From: a virus
Taxonomy: Duplodnaviria; Heunggongvirae; Uroviricota; Caudoviricetes
Length of the DNA stretch: 7,648 bases
Direction: 5' to 3' (one strand)
IMG/VR virus record: IMGVR_UViG_2617270973_000013
Coordinates: 1 to 7,648 of that record
In this document: positions 6,693 through 7,648 of the stretch, one piece after another
Layout: each line of letters begins with the position of its first letter
Numbering within the stretch: position 1 is the stretch's first letter
Position numbers and translations under genes: made by a program
Notes under the pieces: model-generated
Seen by the model: only the letters and a program-made list of their open reading frames with translations
Databases searched by the model: none
What the model was told of the DNA's origin: nothing

Positions 6693-7256
6693 ATGATTTA
6701 CGGGTATGTACGTGTATCAACAAATCATCAGGATACAGAGTTGCAACGTCTTGCACTTGAGTCAGTTGGCTGTGAGCGAATTTATGAAGAATATGCCAGT
6801 GGCAGAACAGCTAATCGCCCTGTGTTAAAGGAATTAATTACGGTGATGAAAAGTGGAGATGAGTTGATTGTCTGGAAGTTAGATCGGATAGGGAGAAATG
6901 TGCTGCATGCGCTATTGATGTTTCAAAATCTGCACGAAAAAGGTGTTAATTTTCGGAGTATTACAGATGGCGTAGACCTGAAAACAGCAAGTGGTCGCTA
7001 TAATTTCCGTAATATTCTTTCTGCTGCGCAGTATGAATCTGATTTGAATAGCGAGCGAACTTTAGCTGGTTTGGCTATTGCCAGATCCAAAGGCCGGATT
7101 GGTGGGCGTAGACCGAAGTTTAGCGACGAGCAGTGGCAACAGATGGGAGCGCTCATAGCGGCAGGGAAATCACGGCGTTATGTTGCACGTATCTATAACG
7201 TTGGGCTATCAACCCTATATAAACGATTTCCTGTTACTGGCATTCAAACGAAATAA
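6693..7256 (+). CDS. Serine recombinase, DNA invertase of the Hin/Gin/Cin/Pin family
   Basis: 187-aa ORF with N-terminal YGYVRVSTNHQDTELQ (catalytic Ser in the YVRVST motif), VWKLDRIGRN, and C-terminal GRIGGRRPK and helix-turn-helix-like region (RRYVARIYNVGLSTLYKR). Strong SD GGAG at 6681-6684, 8 nt before the ATG. It lies directly outside the right crossover site. Confidence 0.9.
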   Translation: MIYGYVRVSTNHQDTELQRLALESVGCERIYEEYASGRTANRPVLKELITVMKSGDELIVWKLDRIGRNVLHALLMFQNLHEKGVNFRSITDGVDLKTASGRYNFRNILSAAQYESDLNSERTLAGLAIARSKGRIGGRRPKFSDEQWQQMGALIAAGKSRRYVARIYNVGLSTLYKRFPVTGIQTK

Positions 7257-7399
7257 TTTAAAAGCAATTTAAAGAGTTATTTGTCTAATGTTGGAAGCCG
7301 CAGCCACGTCGTATGCAAGAACGTGCTGCGGCTGGCTGGCGAACTTTCGATAGTGCGAGTATTGAATGATTTCCAGCCGTTACCGATTTTACGTGTTAA

Positions 7400-7648
7400 T
7401 TAGTGAACAAACCACTCGTCAGCAGATTCCCAGGTATCTTTCAGAGTCTCCTGAACAAAAGTTTTTGCAGAATCCTTATCTGCGGTGCGTGTAACAGAAA
7501 GGCCATCGTTGCTGGTGGCTTTTACGATCACCTCTACATCGTCATAACGTTTACTGATGCGTCGGGTTAATTCTTCCTTTAACGCATCCACAGCACCGGT
7601 TGGCATTTTAGTCATTTTTTCTTTGGCTATGCAGATTTCAATACGCAT
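7400..7648 (-). CDS. DinI-family protein (DNA-damage-inducible protein I-like)
   Basis: 82-aa ORF; the N-terminus MRIEICIAK and C-terminus [17 protein letters not shown] closely resemble E. coli DinI as I recall it. The ATG lies exactly at the window end (7648-7646), so its promoter and any LexA box are outside the window. Confidence 0.7.
   Translation of the reverse strand: MRIEICIAKEKMTKMPTGAVDALKEELTRRISKRYDDVEVIVKATSNDGLSVTRTADKDSAKTFVQETLKDTWESADEWFVH

Noticed and set aside
6466-6760. + strand ORFs 6466-6696 and 6572-6760
   Set aside because: They run antisense to Sv' and across the crossover site and invertase start in the wrong frame; products are low-complexity with no motifs. Judged to be chance ORFs.
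1-7648. tRNA, rRNA, CRISPR array, integrase/att site or transposase
   Set aside because: No tandem direct repeats with spacers, no tRNA-like sequence and no transposase or integrase ORF were seen by eye. The crossover sites are the only clear inverted repeats. Prophage ends are presumably outside the window.

Overview
This window is the distal end of a Mu-type prophage tail/baseplate late operon, followed by a tail-fibre host-range inversion switch. On the + strand, nine translationally coupled genes run from a 5'-truncated gp43/N-like gene through hub (gp44/P-like), gp45-, gp46-, gp47/J- and gp48/I-like baseplate genes to a short tail fibre (stf) and its assembly chaperone (tfa). The stf gene is interrupted at codon 97 by a 26-bp Hin/Gin-type crossover site (4751-4776); its inverted partner lies at 6608-6633. 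The ~1.86 kb between them carries Sv-tfa on the + strand and, convergently on the - strand, an alternative chaperone (tfa') plus a start-less alternative fibre C-terminus (Sv') that becomes in-frame with the constant stf N-terminus after inversion. A serine DNA invertase gene (6693-7256) sits just outside the right site, with a perfect 10-bp hairpin over its ribosome-binding site. A convergent DinI-family gene (7400-7648, -) closes the window. The structural genes are visibly GC-rich, while the switch cassettes, invertase and DinI gene are AT-richer, suggesting a mosaic, horizontally exchanged host-range module. The overall layout (stf-tfa-tfa'-stf'-invertase) is, as I recall it, that of the E. 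coli e14 P-region and related Mu G / P1 C segments. All protein-family calls come from reading the translations and from synteny, not from a database search. No tRNA, rRNA, CRISPR array or transposase was seen.
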